Below are positions 24,684 to 38,525 of a stretch of 64,000 nt of DNA, piece by piece. Numbering within the stretch: the first letter of the stretch is position 1; every line of letters begins with the position of its first letter. Below the pieces are notes generated by a model. It was not told the origin of the DNA. It saw only the letters and a list, made by a program, of their open reading frames with translations, and did not search any database. Origin of the DNA: Octopus sinensis (taxonomy: Eukaryota); NCBI RefSeq assembly GCF_006345805.1, contig NC_042997.1:212784001-212848000 (forward strand), read 5' to 3'. Made by a program: the position numbers and the translations under genes.

Positions 24684-25765
24684 GACAATAGTCTTTTCTT
24701 TAATTTAATTTTTTAATTCGTTTGGTGGTGTTATCCTAGATTCACCGTTTTTGTTGGTGATCAATCCGAAATAGGTTTGTATTTCTTCCATTTTAATTTT
24801 AATGAGTTCGCGCCCGCTGACGGCTGCAGCGAAATTCATTTTTGGACTTTTTTCTATCGAAGGCATTCTAACAAAAATGCTTCTGTGTAAACCGTGAAAA
24901 TATTGTCAATTTCCCCAAACAAGGACATAATTCAAGTTTTAAACAATAACCAAAGCTCCTTCTCCCAAAGGGGGAGGGTTACAGTTTACAATTATTTAAC
25001 AAATGCAACACAACAACGTTTCCCTTATGAGGAACCAACAAACGTGATAACAATAGTTAAACAGTAATAATAATAACAACAAACCTTACGGTGAATCAAA
25101 AGGCAGTACGCAGTTGAAGCTATAGTCCTTTATGTATAAAAAAATAAACCAACAGCAGTACTCAGTAGAAGCGGCTGTTCGAGAAAACAGATATTACATA
25201 CAGCCAAACTTCATATAGATACTTAAGGCTAGCTAATTAGCAGATAATCTAATGTAAAAGCCATGGTAAACGTTATGTGCACAGCTCCATCTGGACTATT
25301 CCATTTCTGCACACTAATTTTATTTTTGATTTCCCATTCATATGAAACCACTTATTCAAACTCAAGTCATTGATGCAATTTTATACCAATTGCTATTTTT
25401 ACTTTTAATTGATAGTCTGTTACGATTTAATTTAGTTTGATTTTAATTATTACTTACTACATATAATTCAATTGTTATTATTATCTCTAATTTTTATTGT
25501 TAAAGTGAAAGTATCTGACATAAAATAGAGAAATGTTTTTGTTTCCCTTTCAACACGTAATACTGAAATAGTGGAGAAGATATGATATTGCTATGGGCTT
25601 GCCCTAGGCAAGAAGTTGGACATTTTTTTTGCCCATGAAACTACATGGACCCTAAGTAAGGCATGTGTAAAATTTGAATGAAATTGGTTGTGTAGTTCTC
25701 AAGTTTTAGGGAAACACACAGACAGACAGACAGACACACATTCTCAGTTTTATATATATATATAT
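24684..25765 (-). mobile_element. 3'-truncated inverted copy of the 12414-14069 Helitron
   Basis: Near-identical reverse complement of about 12414-13493. Confidence 0.9.
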
Positions 25766-25838
25766 AATATATATATATAAATATATATATAAGTATATGA
25801 AAGAATGGAGTTGAACGACTAGTTAACAAATATTCTTT

Positions 25839-25923
25839 ATTCTTGACATGTGTTTCGAAGGCTGCATATTCCTAATTCCGAAGGAATAAAGAGTACATTA
25901 TGCAGATTTCTCATCAGGAAAAT
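25839..25923 (-). ncRNA. Type I hammerhead ribozyme with extended stem II
   Basis: Minus strand: attttc CTGATGA gaa-at-ctgcata [..ttccttcggaa..] tatgcag-cc-ttc GAAAC acat GTC aagaat. Confidence 0.7.
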
Positions 25924-26689
25924 CAAGGAACTTATGTCGACATCAAAATGCACAATCGGTTATCTTTCGAATTATCCTTAATAAGATAATTCATTCAACT
26001 ACTCAAATATATATATATATATACATGCATACACACACACACATACTCACACTTTCGTATCTATGTATTTACATACAGATAAAACCCTATTTGAAAATGA
26101 TATTTCAAGCAGTCTGGCGATTATACAGAAAGCAAATTCTACAGATCTGCTGCCAAATGACATTCACAGATCAAAATTTCAGGAAGCTGATATTGTCTCG
26201 ATCAGATTACACGACATACTGGCCTCATTACATAAGCAATGTCTTAAGTGACAGAGAGAGAGTTTTAGTGATTAACTTGTCTTCTTCAATATATTGCGAT
26301 GTTTATTTCTTTGTCTCATCAGCGTGGAAAGTTTATCTGTTTTAGCATAAGTAAACAATTTAGCTTTAAATGGACATTTCTCGATTTCAGCTGACAGATG
26401 TTTCCAAGATCTTTTTCCATTTCTCATTCTCTTTCTCTCTCTCTCTCCCCTCTTTCTCTGATATATACAAATACATTCTTTGTATGTGTAACTGTTCGTG
26501 CATATATTTTTGATGTGAAGCCGATGTGTACGTATGTATGTGCGTGTATATTATATAATATGCAATATATGTATATCTGTGTGTGTACACGTATTATATC
26601 TACGCATAAATGTCTTACAGGGAAACGCATCTAGAGTTCTGAGAGTTGTGTTATTACTAGTGTTACCGTATTGCCTGTGTTCTCTAAAC

Positions 26690-27500
26690 AACAACGATCA
26701 GGGAACAATTTCCCCAATTCATACGATCATTTCAGCCTCCCAGTGAATATCAAGAAGGGCACAGATCTTGCTCAACCGGCCCCAAAAATCAATCCCCCTG
26801 ATTTCAACGTCACTACTTCTGATTCATCTCTTGGACAAATTGACCACTTTTTATATCTGGGAAGCATTCTTTCCAATAAATATACTTTGGAAAGAATGCA
26901 GAGCACAGAACAGGGTCAGTTCATTTGGAAACTTGGCAAAAAGGTTGCTGACGTCCATCATTAATATAATAGCTGCGAAATGTGAACATTTTTTCGTTGG
27001 GACATTAAAAAGCTGGTGTATCTCCATCAACAAAAGCTCTGCACCATAGTAAATATGAAGGGCAGAGTTACATGACCGACAATCAACTACGAAAAAACAC
27101 TGGCTACAATGGTTTGAAGGACATGTGGTTAGAATGAATGAAGAGAGTTGTCCTCATGAAATATTCTTCTGCGGATTAAGCCTCAGGATAAGACGATGAG
27201 GATATTATTTTCTTCACTACAAAGACCATCTTAAACCAATCTTCAAATGGCTAGAATTGACTCTAAATAGTGTAGAAAACTGAAGTCAAAAAGCCTTCAT
27301 GTCATTTCATCACGACAAAGTTAAATGATATATTTGAAATCAAAAGAAAATTAAAAATTGGAGGAAATCGTAAAAACACGAGACAACAACAACCATACTC
27401 CTCACTGGGCCTTCTTTGCCATTTTTGTTCTCAACTGTTTTGGTGGGAAGATTGATCTTGTCAGTCGTCAGTGCCACCAACACAGGAACAACTCAATCAG
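26690..27500 (+). pseudogene. Degenerate RTE-type LINE RT
   Basis: IDHFLYLGSILS motif, SFGNL, W.GHVVRM-like remnants and a terminal C..H remnant. Confidence 0.6.
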
Positions 27501-28412
27501 GAAGAAATTGAAATTCTCGCACACGATCAAATGTATATCAGATGAAGTACTTGGCCAATATAATCAAGCAAAAACTGCTGGAGGCTGTGAATCCCATAAA
27601 ATAGTAATTTAATATCTAGTTTATTTGACTAATTAATAACACTGTGGAACATACCCCTCGTCAGTTGTCGATTAAAGAACATAATGATTTCAATATCATT
27701 CCTTCTAATACTGATAAACCCTAATCAATGCCACCCGGAATGTCTAGGTTCTTTCAGCCCAGACAACTCCTTCTTATCCTTTCACCCATGCCACCACTTT
27801 AACAATCCAGGGAGCAGACACAACTATCCAACGATTATTTTCTCTTGATATTGGTTAGAGAGTTTGCCCTTTTCTCTCACACCTCTGCGATATTCAAGCT
27901 AAAGCATTCTGACTTTTTCTCTGCAGTTCACAAATCCCTGCTCCATATCAGTCCAATACCAGCTCTTAGTGGATGGCTGAGAATTAGTGTGTAGTGGACA
28001 ATACCTTCATGTTTTCTGGCTGCTAGTGCATTGTTTCAGTAAGGGGTAAGGTGTATTGAAGATATCTTTAATTAACCTTATTACAGAGAATGCAATTATA
28101 TGGGAAAATATGAAGGATATTTGAAAATTTCTTCAACGAAGGAAGTTCTACAAAGTCGTCGTAGTACCCTGTTGCTTATATTTCTCGAAGACGTATTTTA
28201 AAATGTGACACAAAAAACCCTACTATTTAAATACCAGATCCAAGAATGTTAATAAATGCAGACATTTCATGAAATTCTTTCTCTCAATTGGAAAAAAGAA
28301 AACTAAAATCCATCTTTAAAATGAATTTATCAGTTTGGCAACATGCATATAAATTCACACCCTCACACAGGAACACAGATACACATATGCACACACACAC
28401 ACACACACACAC

Positions 28413-28455
<43 letters not shown>

Positions 28456-28714
28456 ACACACACAAACATAAGCATAAAAATCTGAAGGATTTAATTGATT
28501 TCACAGCAAAATATTTCTCAACCTTATACTATGTTCTACGTGCATGTGCAACAGGATAAACTGAACATCATGTTTACGGCGGTTCCTTAGTTCTCGAATC
28601 CATCAGGTGACTGCTATAAAACTCAAAGAATAGATTTAGATCTCAACGTCTTATAAACACTCACACGGGTTTTATTTTATTTTCTTTATGCATTATGTAC
28701 ATGTGTATATGTGT

Positions 28715-28740
<26 letters not shown>

Positions 28741-28745
<5 letters not shown>

Positions 28746-29052
28746 GCACGTAAAAGCACCATCCATTCGTGGCCGTTGCCAGCCTCGCCTGGCCCCCGTG
28801 CCAGTGGCACGTAAAAGCACCATCCGTCCGTGGCCGTTTGCCAGCTCCGTCTGGCTCCTGTGCGGGTGGCACATAAAAAGCACCCACTACACTCACGGAG
28901 TGGTTGGCGTTAGGAAGGGCATCCAGCCGTAGAAACACTGCCAGATCAGACTGGGTCTGATGCAGCCTTCTGGCTTCACAGACCCCAGTAGAACCGTCCA
29001 ACCCATGCTAGCATGGAAAGCGGACGCTAAATGATGATGATGATGATGATGA
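28741..29052 (+). mobile_element. RTE-family 3' tail with unit array
   Basis: About 2.5 units plus conserved tail and (GAT)n. Confidence 0.88.
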
Positions 29053-29326
29053 TATATATAGTCAATCCAAACATGAAAAAGCAAGAAAAAACAACAACGC
29101 GAGGGCGTGGAATAAATACAGTGTTATTGGACGCTCAGGAAAGGAAAGAAAAGGAAGAGGATTAAAAGGACGAGAAAAAGTGGAAGAGTCACGGACAAAT
29201 TGTGATGATTTCCAATCGAGATTAGAGTGGCTTATATATAATACAATTAAGATCTGTGATGAAAGATTTCCGATCAATGGACATGAGTTAAAATAAAATA
29301 AGAACAGTCATAAACGAATGAAGAAA

Positions 29327-29357
<31 letters not shown>

Positions 29358-30059
29358 TATAGTGCATGTGTCTATTTGGCAAAAGAAATGACCATCCCGA
29401 AATACTACAATATATATATATGTATGTATATATGTATGTGTGTGTGTGTGTGTGTGTATACATACATGTTTCCATTTAGGAAAAACTCACAAATTCTTCC
29501 AAACTTTGAAAACTAATTAATTCTGCCATTATGTCGTGCATTCTAGAATTTACTTACATGAGTCCAAAAGTAATGCTTTCGTTTATCTCAAATCCTTCAG
29601 TCAAACTAAATGAACAGCCTCAGTAAAATAGAAAGGAAATTGTGTTAAACGCGACAGAATAAGAGCAGCTCTTAGGCTGGTTGTAGGAAAATTAAGTGAA
29701 CAAGGCAAGAAGAAAGTTGTAACGGATAGTAATTTGATTTCCCCTGATTTAAGCAAATTTATTATTCCTTGCCTTCTGTAAGCTTTATTCAGTGTCTTTG
29801 TGCAGCTGCATGCAATTAAATAAAGCATTTAGACGAATTAGGTTTGATAGCTTCCACGGAAATATTCTAGGATAGAGAAACAGACTGGAACGTCTGAAAG
29901 TTTGAAACAATATGTGAATATACATTCTGATCGTTGTCATCACACACACATATCTACATATATATATACATACATACATACATACATACATACATACATA
30001 CATACATACATACATACATACTTGTACACACACATACATGCATGCACACACATACATAT

Positions 30060-30370
30060 ATCACGTAATCATGTAACTGACCAGGCTATCAGATGTTGCT
30101 ACACATCGCTGGTCACAATGCGCTTCACATTGTTTTAGCCTTCAAATGACGCCACCCCGCTGGCTAAGTGAGCAGGCCAACAGCAGAAAGAGTGAGAGAA
30201 AGCTGCAGCGAAAGTGTACAGCAGGGATCGCCACCACCCCCTGCCGGAGCCTCGTGGAGCTTTAGGTGTTTTCGCTCAATAAACACTCACAACGCCTGGT
30301 CTGGGAATTGAAACCACGATCCTACGACCGCGAGTCCGCTGCCCTAACCACTGGGCCATTGTGCCTCCAC
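30060..30370 (-). mobile_element. tRNA-derived SINE family C
   Basis: Minus strand GGAGGCACAATGGCCCAGTGGTTAGGGCAGCGGACTCGC with B box GGTTTCAATTCCC. Confidence 0.85.
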
Positions 30371-30479
30371 TACATACATATATACATATTCACAAACAGT
30401 ACACTACCGACCATATCTTATCAATCTGTACCAGCAAGCTCTCATTGGGAACAGTAGCATTGCCCACTGGTTAGTTCTG

Positions 30480-30884
30480 GCAGAGACAAAATTGATCCCC
30501 AGATGCAGAACCACCCACATGGCAAAAAACTACCAGCCAATTGCATGGCAGAACTTAATGTGTAAGATATATACAGCATGTTTAAACCTTTTCCTCCAGG
30601 GCCATTGTGAAATCAATAACATTATCACCGCTAGGAAGAAGGGCGTTTTGGGACATGCTGAGCAATTGTTAATCAACAAAACTGTGATGTCAGAGGTGCG
30701 AGAGCAAAGGAGGAACCTAGTTTTAATGTGGCTAAACTACAAGAAAGCCTTTGACTCTGTTCCCCAGTCATGGATGCTAGAAGCCCTTCAACTTGCTAAA
30801 GTTCCAGTGAGCATTGTCAAAGCCATAGCTGACCCGATTTCATCGTGGGTCATCAACCTGAAATTAAACACAAAGAGTGTTTAA
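30480..30884 (+). pseudogene. R4/Dong-like LINE RT fragment
   Basis: NYQPIA..N..KIYT, EQLLINK and NLVLMWLNYKKAFDSVPQSW. Confidence 0.8.
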
Positions 30885-30885
30885 C

Positions 30886-30924
<39 letters not shown>

Positions 30925-31049
30925 GCTTATTTGGACACCTAGGATAGTGATCATGATAATGATTGTGCAAGGGTCTACCTGCTTAACTCTAATTGTAGGT
31001 ATAAAAATATCGTATACAGATGTAAGATTTCCTCAGAGAATAAAGAGTA

Positions 31050-31360
31050 TTTCTGTATAGGAGCTAGCTCATATTGTATTTAGCAAAGAATTGCCAATCA
31101 TTTAAGTTCATTTAGAAATAGGGAGAAAATGGATACTCAGGCACTAAAAGATAGTAACAAAGTATTTTCGATTGCTTGGGAAATAATTAATAAAACAAAA
31201 CCTAATAAAATAGGCGATGATAGATGTGACTCTTGTGTGGAAGAAATGTACCAAATTTTCACTTCTAAATTTACTCTTATAAACATTAGACAAGAACAGG
31301 CTCTGAGGTGTCCACACTGGATAAAATATACGTTTAAACTATTTAAAGAAACATAACTTA
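31050..31360 (+). pseudogene. Penelope-like (Naiad-like) GIY-YIG C-terminal fragment
   Basis: LKDSNKVFSIAWEIINKTKP..GDDRCDSCVEE...CPH. Confidence 0.75.
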
Positions 31361-31429
31361 CCATCTATAGTAGTTATACTAGTTAAAATAATGATTGTGA
31401 TAATTAATGATATTTATGAAAATAATACA

Positions 31430-31719
31430 GCCAGGGGCCGTCAGCCAGCCTCGTCTGGCACCTGTGTCAGTGGCACATAAAAAACACCATCCGAGCGTGG
31501 CCGTCTGCCAGCCTCGTCTGGCACCTGTGTCGGTGGCACATAAAATCACCCACTACACTCTCGGAGTGGTTGGTGTTAGGAAGGGCATCCAGCTGTAGAA
31601 ACACTGCCAGATCTGACTGGCCTGGTGCAGCCTTCGGGCTTGCCAGACCCCAGTTGAACCGTCCAACCCATGCTAGCATGGAAAGCGGACGTTAAACGAT
31701 GATGATGATGATGATGATG
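31430..31719 (+). mobile_element. RTE-family 3' tail
   Basis: Two units plus conserved tail and (GAT)n. Confidence 0.88.
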
Positions 31720-33421
31720 AATTATAATAATAACAATAATATTAATTGTGGATATAAACCCAAAATAAGTGAAATACTTCTGAATAAATAATGTAATCTA
31801 TTCAGTAAAATGTAAACAAAATTGCTACAATTAATTATGATATAAATAAACATTTTAAAACCATGATTCAACTATAATACCAGTAGAGGTGGTTATAAGA
31901 CCAGAATTCAATTCGATTTGAAAAGTAACACTATCCTCTTCAACTGTATACCAACACAAGAAGCTTGTGTGGTTTAGGTCACTTGGGAAACATTGTAAGA
32001 GATGGAATCTCAATGAAATTGCAGTGACTAAGATGCATAATTGCATACAGAGCGATGTGCAGTTGGTGCAATAGAAACATATGATGGTCATTGTTATATA
32101 AGCTGTAGAGAACTTTTTGATAAAAAAAATTTGGATGTGAATAAATCTCAACTCTCCTCTTGGTTTACAAATGTGTGTGTGTGTGTATGTGCGTGCTTGC
32201 ATGCATGCGTGTGTGTGTGTGTATGTGCGTGCTTGCATGCGTGTGTGTGTGTGTGTTGCGTGCGTGTGTGTGTGTGTGTGTGTATATGTGTTTGTGTGCA
32301 TATGTGTGTGTGTTTGTGTGTGTGTGTGTGCTTGCGTGTGTGTGCATGTGTATGTGTGTTTGTGTGCGTGTGTGTGTGTGTGTGTGTATGTGTGTGTGTG
32401 CGTGTGTGTGTGTGTATGCCTATGGACAATACCTAAATACACCCCCCCCTTTTTAAACTGTTGTACAAACAATCCATTTACACACACACAAAACAGTCAC
32501 ACACACACACACACACACTTGTACACATGTTTTCTTCCTAATCCTGACAAACATTTCATCTATCTCTTCCATTAATCTACAGAATGAAGACTCTCACAAA
32601 CCCTGCCTGATTCTGTTGTAGCCAATACTACCAGATATTTTGAGCATCTCTGCAGTGATTCCTGATGGCCCAGGGGCTTTCCAGCTAGCTAGCTAGCTAG
32701 TTAGATAGATAGATATATAAATAGATAGATAGAAAAATAGATAGATAGATAAATAGATAGATAGATAGATAGATCTACCTTTATCTGTCTTATTTAACTG
32801 TGTGTGTGTATGTGTGTGAGTGTGTGTGTATGTGTATGTGTGTGTGTGTGTGTGTATGTGCAATGCACTAGAGCAATAGAAGAGTAAGTCATATTGCCAA
32901 AAATCACATGATTTCTGGTCAGACAATGAAAGGTTGCCTATTGGACGTCTGATCTTTGTATGCTTGGAGTAATTTCAACAATAATCACGCAACAGTAAAT
33001 ACAGAACGAGCCAAAGAATAAAGGAATAAATTTGATATATGAAAGTATATGATGTCACTACCATCAAGAAAATTGGGTGATTCTAAACTTCTTGTCATAG
33101 AAGAATATATATTTACCTTTCTGTAAAATCGATGGTTCTCTGTGTAGCTATGGTTACTGGCAGTTTGACCTTTCAGACAATCTAAACGATGGTCCTCACA
33201 TGTAACTCTGAGTAGCTATGACTTGTCTTATCAAGTGTACACAAATAAACTCCATTACGTTCTTATTTCCTTTACTAAACGATACATGTGTATACAAATA
33301 CACACACACACAGACACACACACACACATGCACACACACACACACACACACAAACACGCACACAGACACACATACACACACACATACACACAGGGATAAA
33401 GAAAAGCTTCTCTTTGAAACA

Positions 33422-33820
33422 TCTTTATATATAAAAGAGAAGTTGTGTGTCTGTCTGTCTCCTACGATTTAGATTCCTAACTACTCCCACATTTTGCGGT
33501 GCAGTTTAACCAAAACCGGGTATCTTATAGTCGTGATTCCTATCGAGCCCTTCTGGGTATTAGCGCGCGTCTACGATGAGTCTACGATTTAAAAAAAAAT
33601 TTACCATCATTTTTTTCCATTTTAATGCATTTTTCGCTATTATATAAGGGAAGTAACTCTCTAAAAATGTCTACGATGAGTCAACGATTTAAAAAAAAAT
33701 TTACCATAATTTTTTTTTCCATTTTTAATGCATTTTTTTGCTAATTTTTGGCTATAACTCTCTAAAAATGCTTATATAATTTCCCTTACAAACCCGAGCA
33801 ACGCTGGGCGATACTGCTAG
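33422..33820 (+). mobile_element. Complete non-autonomous Helitron (~400 bp)
   Basis: A|TC 5' end, subterminal CCCGAGCAACGCTGGG hairpin, CTAG|T 3' end, no TSD; internal ~100-bp tandem duplication. Confidence 0.85.
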
Positions 33821-33854
33821 TTTTATATAAAACAATTGTATTTGTTTTTCAATT

Positions 33855-34640
33855 ATCTTTTGCTAACTCTGTATAATCTTTGTTTCAGAAAATAATAATG
33901 ATGGCAGACCCTCAGCTTACTCAAGAATATGAAGACACATGCTGTTATTGTGGTTATAAAGGTTGAGCATAGCAATTTAGAAATATCTCGATTTTTAAAA
34001 GTTGTCAGATCTTTCATCAACGTTTGTAAGGAGCTAGGGACTGAAGATGGAAACATATTACCAGTATCAAGGCATAAAAAGCATTCTAAATGCTCTGAAA
34101 TCATCAGAACACCTGAATTTATCGAGCAGGTTCCACAGACCATTGATTACAATCTCAGAAAGTCCATGAGATCAATTGCAAAACATCTCCATGTGTATGA
34201 AGGAACAGTGAAGACATCAGATGTAAGTCTTATATGATGAAGGAAGGTCAAAGTGTCAGAAAAAGCAAAAGAAAATCACTACACCAGATCTAAAAGGCTC
34301 TTAAACAAACTGAAAAATCCAGAGAAGGAGATTTGATTTGGTTTTTCTCAAATGAGAAAAACTTCAGCCAAGATAAAAAAAGTTAACAGAAGAAATGACA
34401 GATGGTTATGTGCAGACCATTCTGGAGTTCCAAGTGTTATGCTTACAAAATTTCCTGCAACTCATGGTTTAGGGGTGTCAGCAATGAAGGACATGTGGCT
34501 CCTTACTTCTTTCCAAAAGGCCTTAGAGTTAACTCTGCATATATATCTTGTGGTCCTGGAAATAATTGTTAAGCCCTGGATAGACATGCAATGGAAGGCC
34601 ATATGTGTTTCAGTAAGACTCTGCACTATCACACATGGCT
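33855..34640 (+). mobile_element. Defective DD37D transposon fragment, closely related to 10621-11798
   Basis: ORFs 33929-34237 and 34352-34678 are nearly identical to the minus-strand ORFs at 10997-11661. Confidence 0.88.
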
Positions 34641-34804
34641 CTATATACACACATATATACACAATGGAAGAAACCTAGGAAGGCAAAGAGAAGGCATAAA
34701 TTCCTATGCTAATAATGATGGTGTTGGTGTTTGCGGTGCTTGTAGGTGATTGATTATGAATAGAGATGGTGGTGGTGGTGTTGATGTGCAGCTACTGCTT
34801 CAAC

Positions 34805-34836
<32 letters not shown>

Positions 34837-35024
34837 ATGACAACAATGGTAAATGTGTCCTTGAGGCCATTATGTAAGTTAGGAATGTCATTAATAAACT
34901 TTTGCTCCTTCATTACATGTTTGTAATGATCAAATAATTAAGTTTCCACAATAAAAGCATAAGAACGTATTTGGTGAGTAAACCAAGAGACAGAGGACAT
35001 AGGGATAGAGACTTGTCTGGTTTA

Positions 35025-35792
35025 TGAAGAAGAAGAAGAAGAAGAAGAAGAAGAAGAAGAAGAAGAGAAGAAGAAGGAGGAGGAGAAGAAGAAGAAGAAG
35101 GACGAGGAGAAGAAGAAAGAGGAGGAGGAGAAGAAGAAGAAGAAGGAGGAGGAGGAGGAGAAGAAGAAGAAGCAGGAGGAGGAGAAGAAGAAGAAGAAGA
35201 AGATGATGATGAAGAAGGAGGAGGAGGAGGAGGAGAAGAAGAAGAAGAGGTAGAAGAGAAGAAGGAGGAGGAGGGGAGGAGGGGAAAGGAGAGAAGAAGG
35301 AGGGGGGAGGAGGAGAAGGAGAAGAAGAAGAAGGAGGAGAAGAAGAAAAAGAAGAAAGACGAGGAAGAGCAATAAAGGAGTGAAGAAGAAGTGAGAAGGA
35401 GAAGGAGAAGAAGGGAAAAGAGGGGGGAGAAAGGGAGAAGAAGAAGAAAAGGAGGAGGAGGAGGAGAAGCAAGGAAAAGAAGAGAAGGAGGCGGAGGGAG
35501 GAGGAGGAGGAGGAAGAAGAGAGAAGAGGAAGAAGAAGAGGGTAGAAGAAGAAGAGGAAGAGGAAGAAGGTGAAGAAGAAGGAGGAGGAGAAGAAGAAGG
35601 AGGAGAAGGAGAAGAAAGAGGAGGAGGAGGAGGAGGTGAAGAAGAAGAAGACGAAGAAGAAGACAAGGAAGAAGAAAAAGAAGAAGAAGGACAAGAAGAA
35701 AAAGAAGAAGAAGAAGAAGGAGAAGAAGAAAAAGAAGACGAGGAAGAAGAAAAAGAAGAAGAAAAAGGAGAAAAAGAAAAAGAAGAAGAAGG
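35025..35792. repeat. ~770-bp polypurine (GAA/GGA) tract
   Basis: Almost exclusively A/G on the + strand. Confidence 0.97.
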
Positions 35793-35864
35793 AATCCTGT
35801 AACTCGGAGTCAATGGATTTTGTTACCTTCCCTATCTAATTGATATTAATATCAAAATAAAAAT

Positions 35865-36193
35865 TCAAATGGAAATTGTAGTTAAGACACCCGTGCTGGT
35901 GACACGTAAAAAGCACCGTCTGAACGTGGCAGATGCCAGCGCTGCCTGAGTGGCATCCGTGTTGGTGACACGTAAAAGCACCAACCGATCGTGGCCATTT
36001 GCCAGCCTGCTCTGGCCCCTGTGCTGGTGACACGTAAAAAACACCCACTACACTCACGGAGTGGTTGGCATTAGGAAGGGCATCCAGCTGTAGAAACCTC
36101 TGCTAGATCAGACTATAGCCTGGTGCAGCCCCCATGGCTTACCAGACCCCGGTCAAACCGTCCAACCCATGCTAGTGTGGAAACGGACGTTAA

Positions 36194-36234
<41 letters not shown>

Positions 36235-36247
36235 AATGATGATGATG
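35865..36247 (+). mobile_element. RTE-family 3' UTR with three units and tail
   Basis: Family motifs and (GAT)n. Confidence 0.88.
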
Positions 36248-36503
36248 GGGGCTGTTACAGAAATGTAATTGTTAGAAGTTAGGATGGATGAAAGAAGCTG
36301 AGGAAATTTTTGCATCTGTTGTCTTCCCAAATGGTTTCTCTTTCTGCGTGAAAATCGAACAATAGAAAAGATGAAGAACAAATGAACGAGTGGACATGAG
36401 GGTGGGATATGTACTGAAGATGGCAAAGTTACAGAGACGTTGGAGTGGCTGGAAGAGAGATCAAAACAAGAATACTCTGGAGGAAATCTGGCCATTAAAG
36501 ACA

Positions 36504-36690
36504 TCATCATCATCATCGTCATTTAATGTCTGCTTTCCATGCTGGCATGGGTTGGACAGTTTGATTGAGGACTGGCAAGCCAGAAGGCTGCACCAGGCTC
36601 CAATCTGATCTGGCTTCAACAGCTGGATGCCCTTCCTAATTCCGACCACTTCAAGAGGGTAGTGGGTGCTTCTTACGTGCCACTGGCATG
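36504..36690 (-). mobile_element. RTE-family 3' tail
   Basis: (CAT)n followed by reverse-complement family motifs. Confidence 0.8.
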
Positions 36691-37129
36691 TAATTTGTAG
36701 AAATGGCTATTCTGCTAGAAGCATGTCACATAAACTGCAAATGAACCCTGAGTGCGCCATGCTATCAGTGGAGGGTAAGAATGCTTTCCATTGTAATTTG
36801 GGGCAGAAAAGGTAGTGTCAAATGTCAGGGAACTGAATCCGCAAAATAAGATGGTGAAATGTCAAGTTTAAATATCTTTTCTTATATTTTTTAATACCAA
36901 AACTGGAATAAAAGAGAAATGCTAAATATATATAAGGAGAAGAAAACTTTTATAATTACCATGGAGCATCTTAATGAAGATGGAGTGTCTGTCCTGTGGT
37001 CATAAAATTGGTGACATTTCTTACTTTTTTTTATTCATTAAAACTGATTTTGTTAAAGCAATCATTTGTCTTGTTCAAACATGTCTCTTGTCTTCAATTA
37101 ATGAATTATTTAATCATCACTGTTGTTAC

Positions 37130-37603
37130 TATAGATGTCATCACCATTATCATCATCATCATCACCATCATCATTATCGTCGTCATCATCATCATTAACA
37201 ACATCATCATCATCATCATTATCGTCGTCGTCATCATCATCATCATCATCATCATCATGACCACCATCCACACCACCACCACCACCATCATCATCACCAT
37301 CATCATTATCATCATCATCATCATCATCAACAACATCATCATCATCCTCATGACCACCATCCACACCACCACCACCACCACCACCACATCACCACCACCA
37401 CCATCACCATCATCATCACCATCATCACCACCATCATCACCATCACCATCATCATCCCCATCATTACCATCATCACCACCACCACCACCACCACCATCAC
37501 CACTGCCACCACCACCACCACCATCACCACCACCACCACCACCACCACTGCCACCACCACCACCACCATCATAATCACGATTGTCATCACCATCACCAGC
37601 ATC
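37130..37603. repeat. (CAT)n/(CAC)n compound microsatellite
   Basis: Direct reading. Confidence 0.95.
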
Positions 37604-37982
37604 AGTTTACCACTCTAACCTGTAATTCCTTCATTCATTAAAACTGACCTCTCTCAGGTCATTCTTTATCTTCTTCTAAATTTTTATTGCTCGCCTCCCC
37701 CCCCTCTCCCCCGCTCCCACCATCTTCCCCCCGCACTTTGTTTCCCCAACCCCCTCCTTCCATATACTGCTCCATTGCTAAGTCACTGCCCTCCCCCCCC
37801 TCCCCCCCCATCCCAACCTGTCTGCAATATCACAATATTCCAATATTCCTTCATTTCATCTCTTTCTTAACTCCTTAGAGAACAAAAACAACAAAAACAA
37901 AAAAATTCATAAAAGAGTAAAGAGCAGACATGGCATTAAATCATTTTTCTGAAGCTGCACACTCGGCTGGAAAAAACATTCG

Positions 37983-38525
37983 TCTCCTCTCTCTCTCTCT
38001 CTTCTTCTCACTCTTACTCTCTCCTCTCTCCTTCTCTCTCCTTCTCTCCTTCTCTCTCTCCTCTCTTACTTTCTTCTTCACTCCTCTCTTACTCTCTCCT
38101 TCTCTCTCCTTTCTTACTCTCTCTCCTTCTCTCTCTCCTCTCTTACTCTCTCTCCTCTCTTACTCTCTCTCCTTCTCTCTCTCCTCTCTTACTTTCTTCT
38201 TCACTCCTCTCTTACTCTCTCCTTCTCTCTTACTCTCTCCTTCTCTCTTACTCTCTCCTTCTCTCTCACTCTCTCCTTCTCTCTTACTCTCTCCTTCTCT
38301 CTTACTCTCTCCTTCTCTCTTACTCTCTCCTTCTCTCTTACTCTCTCCTTCTCTCTCTCCTCTCTTACACTCTCTCCTTCTCTCCTCTCTTACTCTCTCC
38401 TTCTCCCTTACTCTCTCTCTCCTTCTCTCTTTCTCTTTCTCTCTCCTCTCTTTCTCCCATTTTTCTCTTTCTATTTCTTTGTCTCCCTCTCTCTGTCAAT
38501 CTATCTCCCTCCTTCCTCACTCTTT
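37983..38525. repeat. Polypyrimidine tract with an 18-bp unit (TCTCTCCTTCTCTCTTAC)
   Basis: Direct reading. Confidence 0.93.

Noticed and set aside
26063-26251. Protein-like short ORF after a possible splice acceptor
   Set aside because: No recognisable homology or partner exons; support is insufficient.
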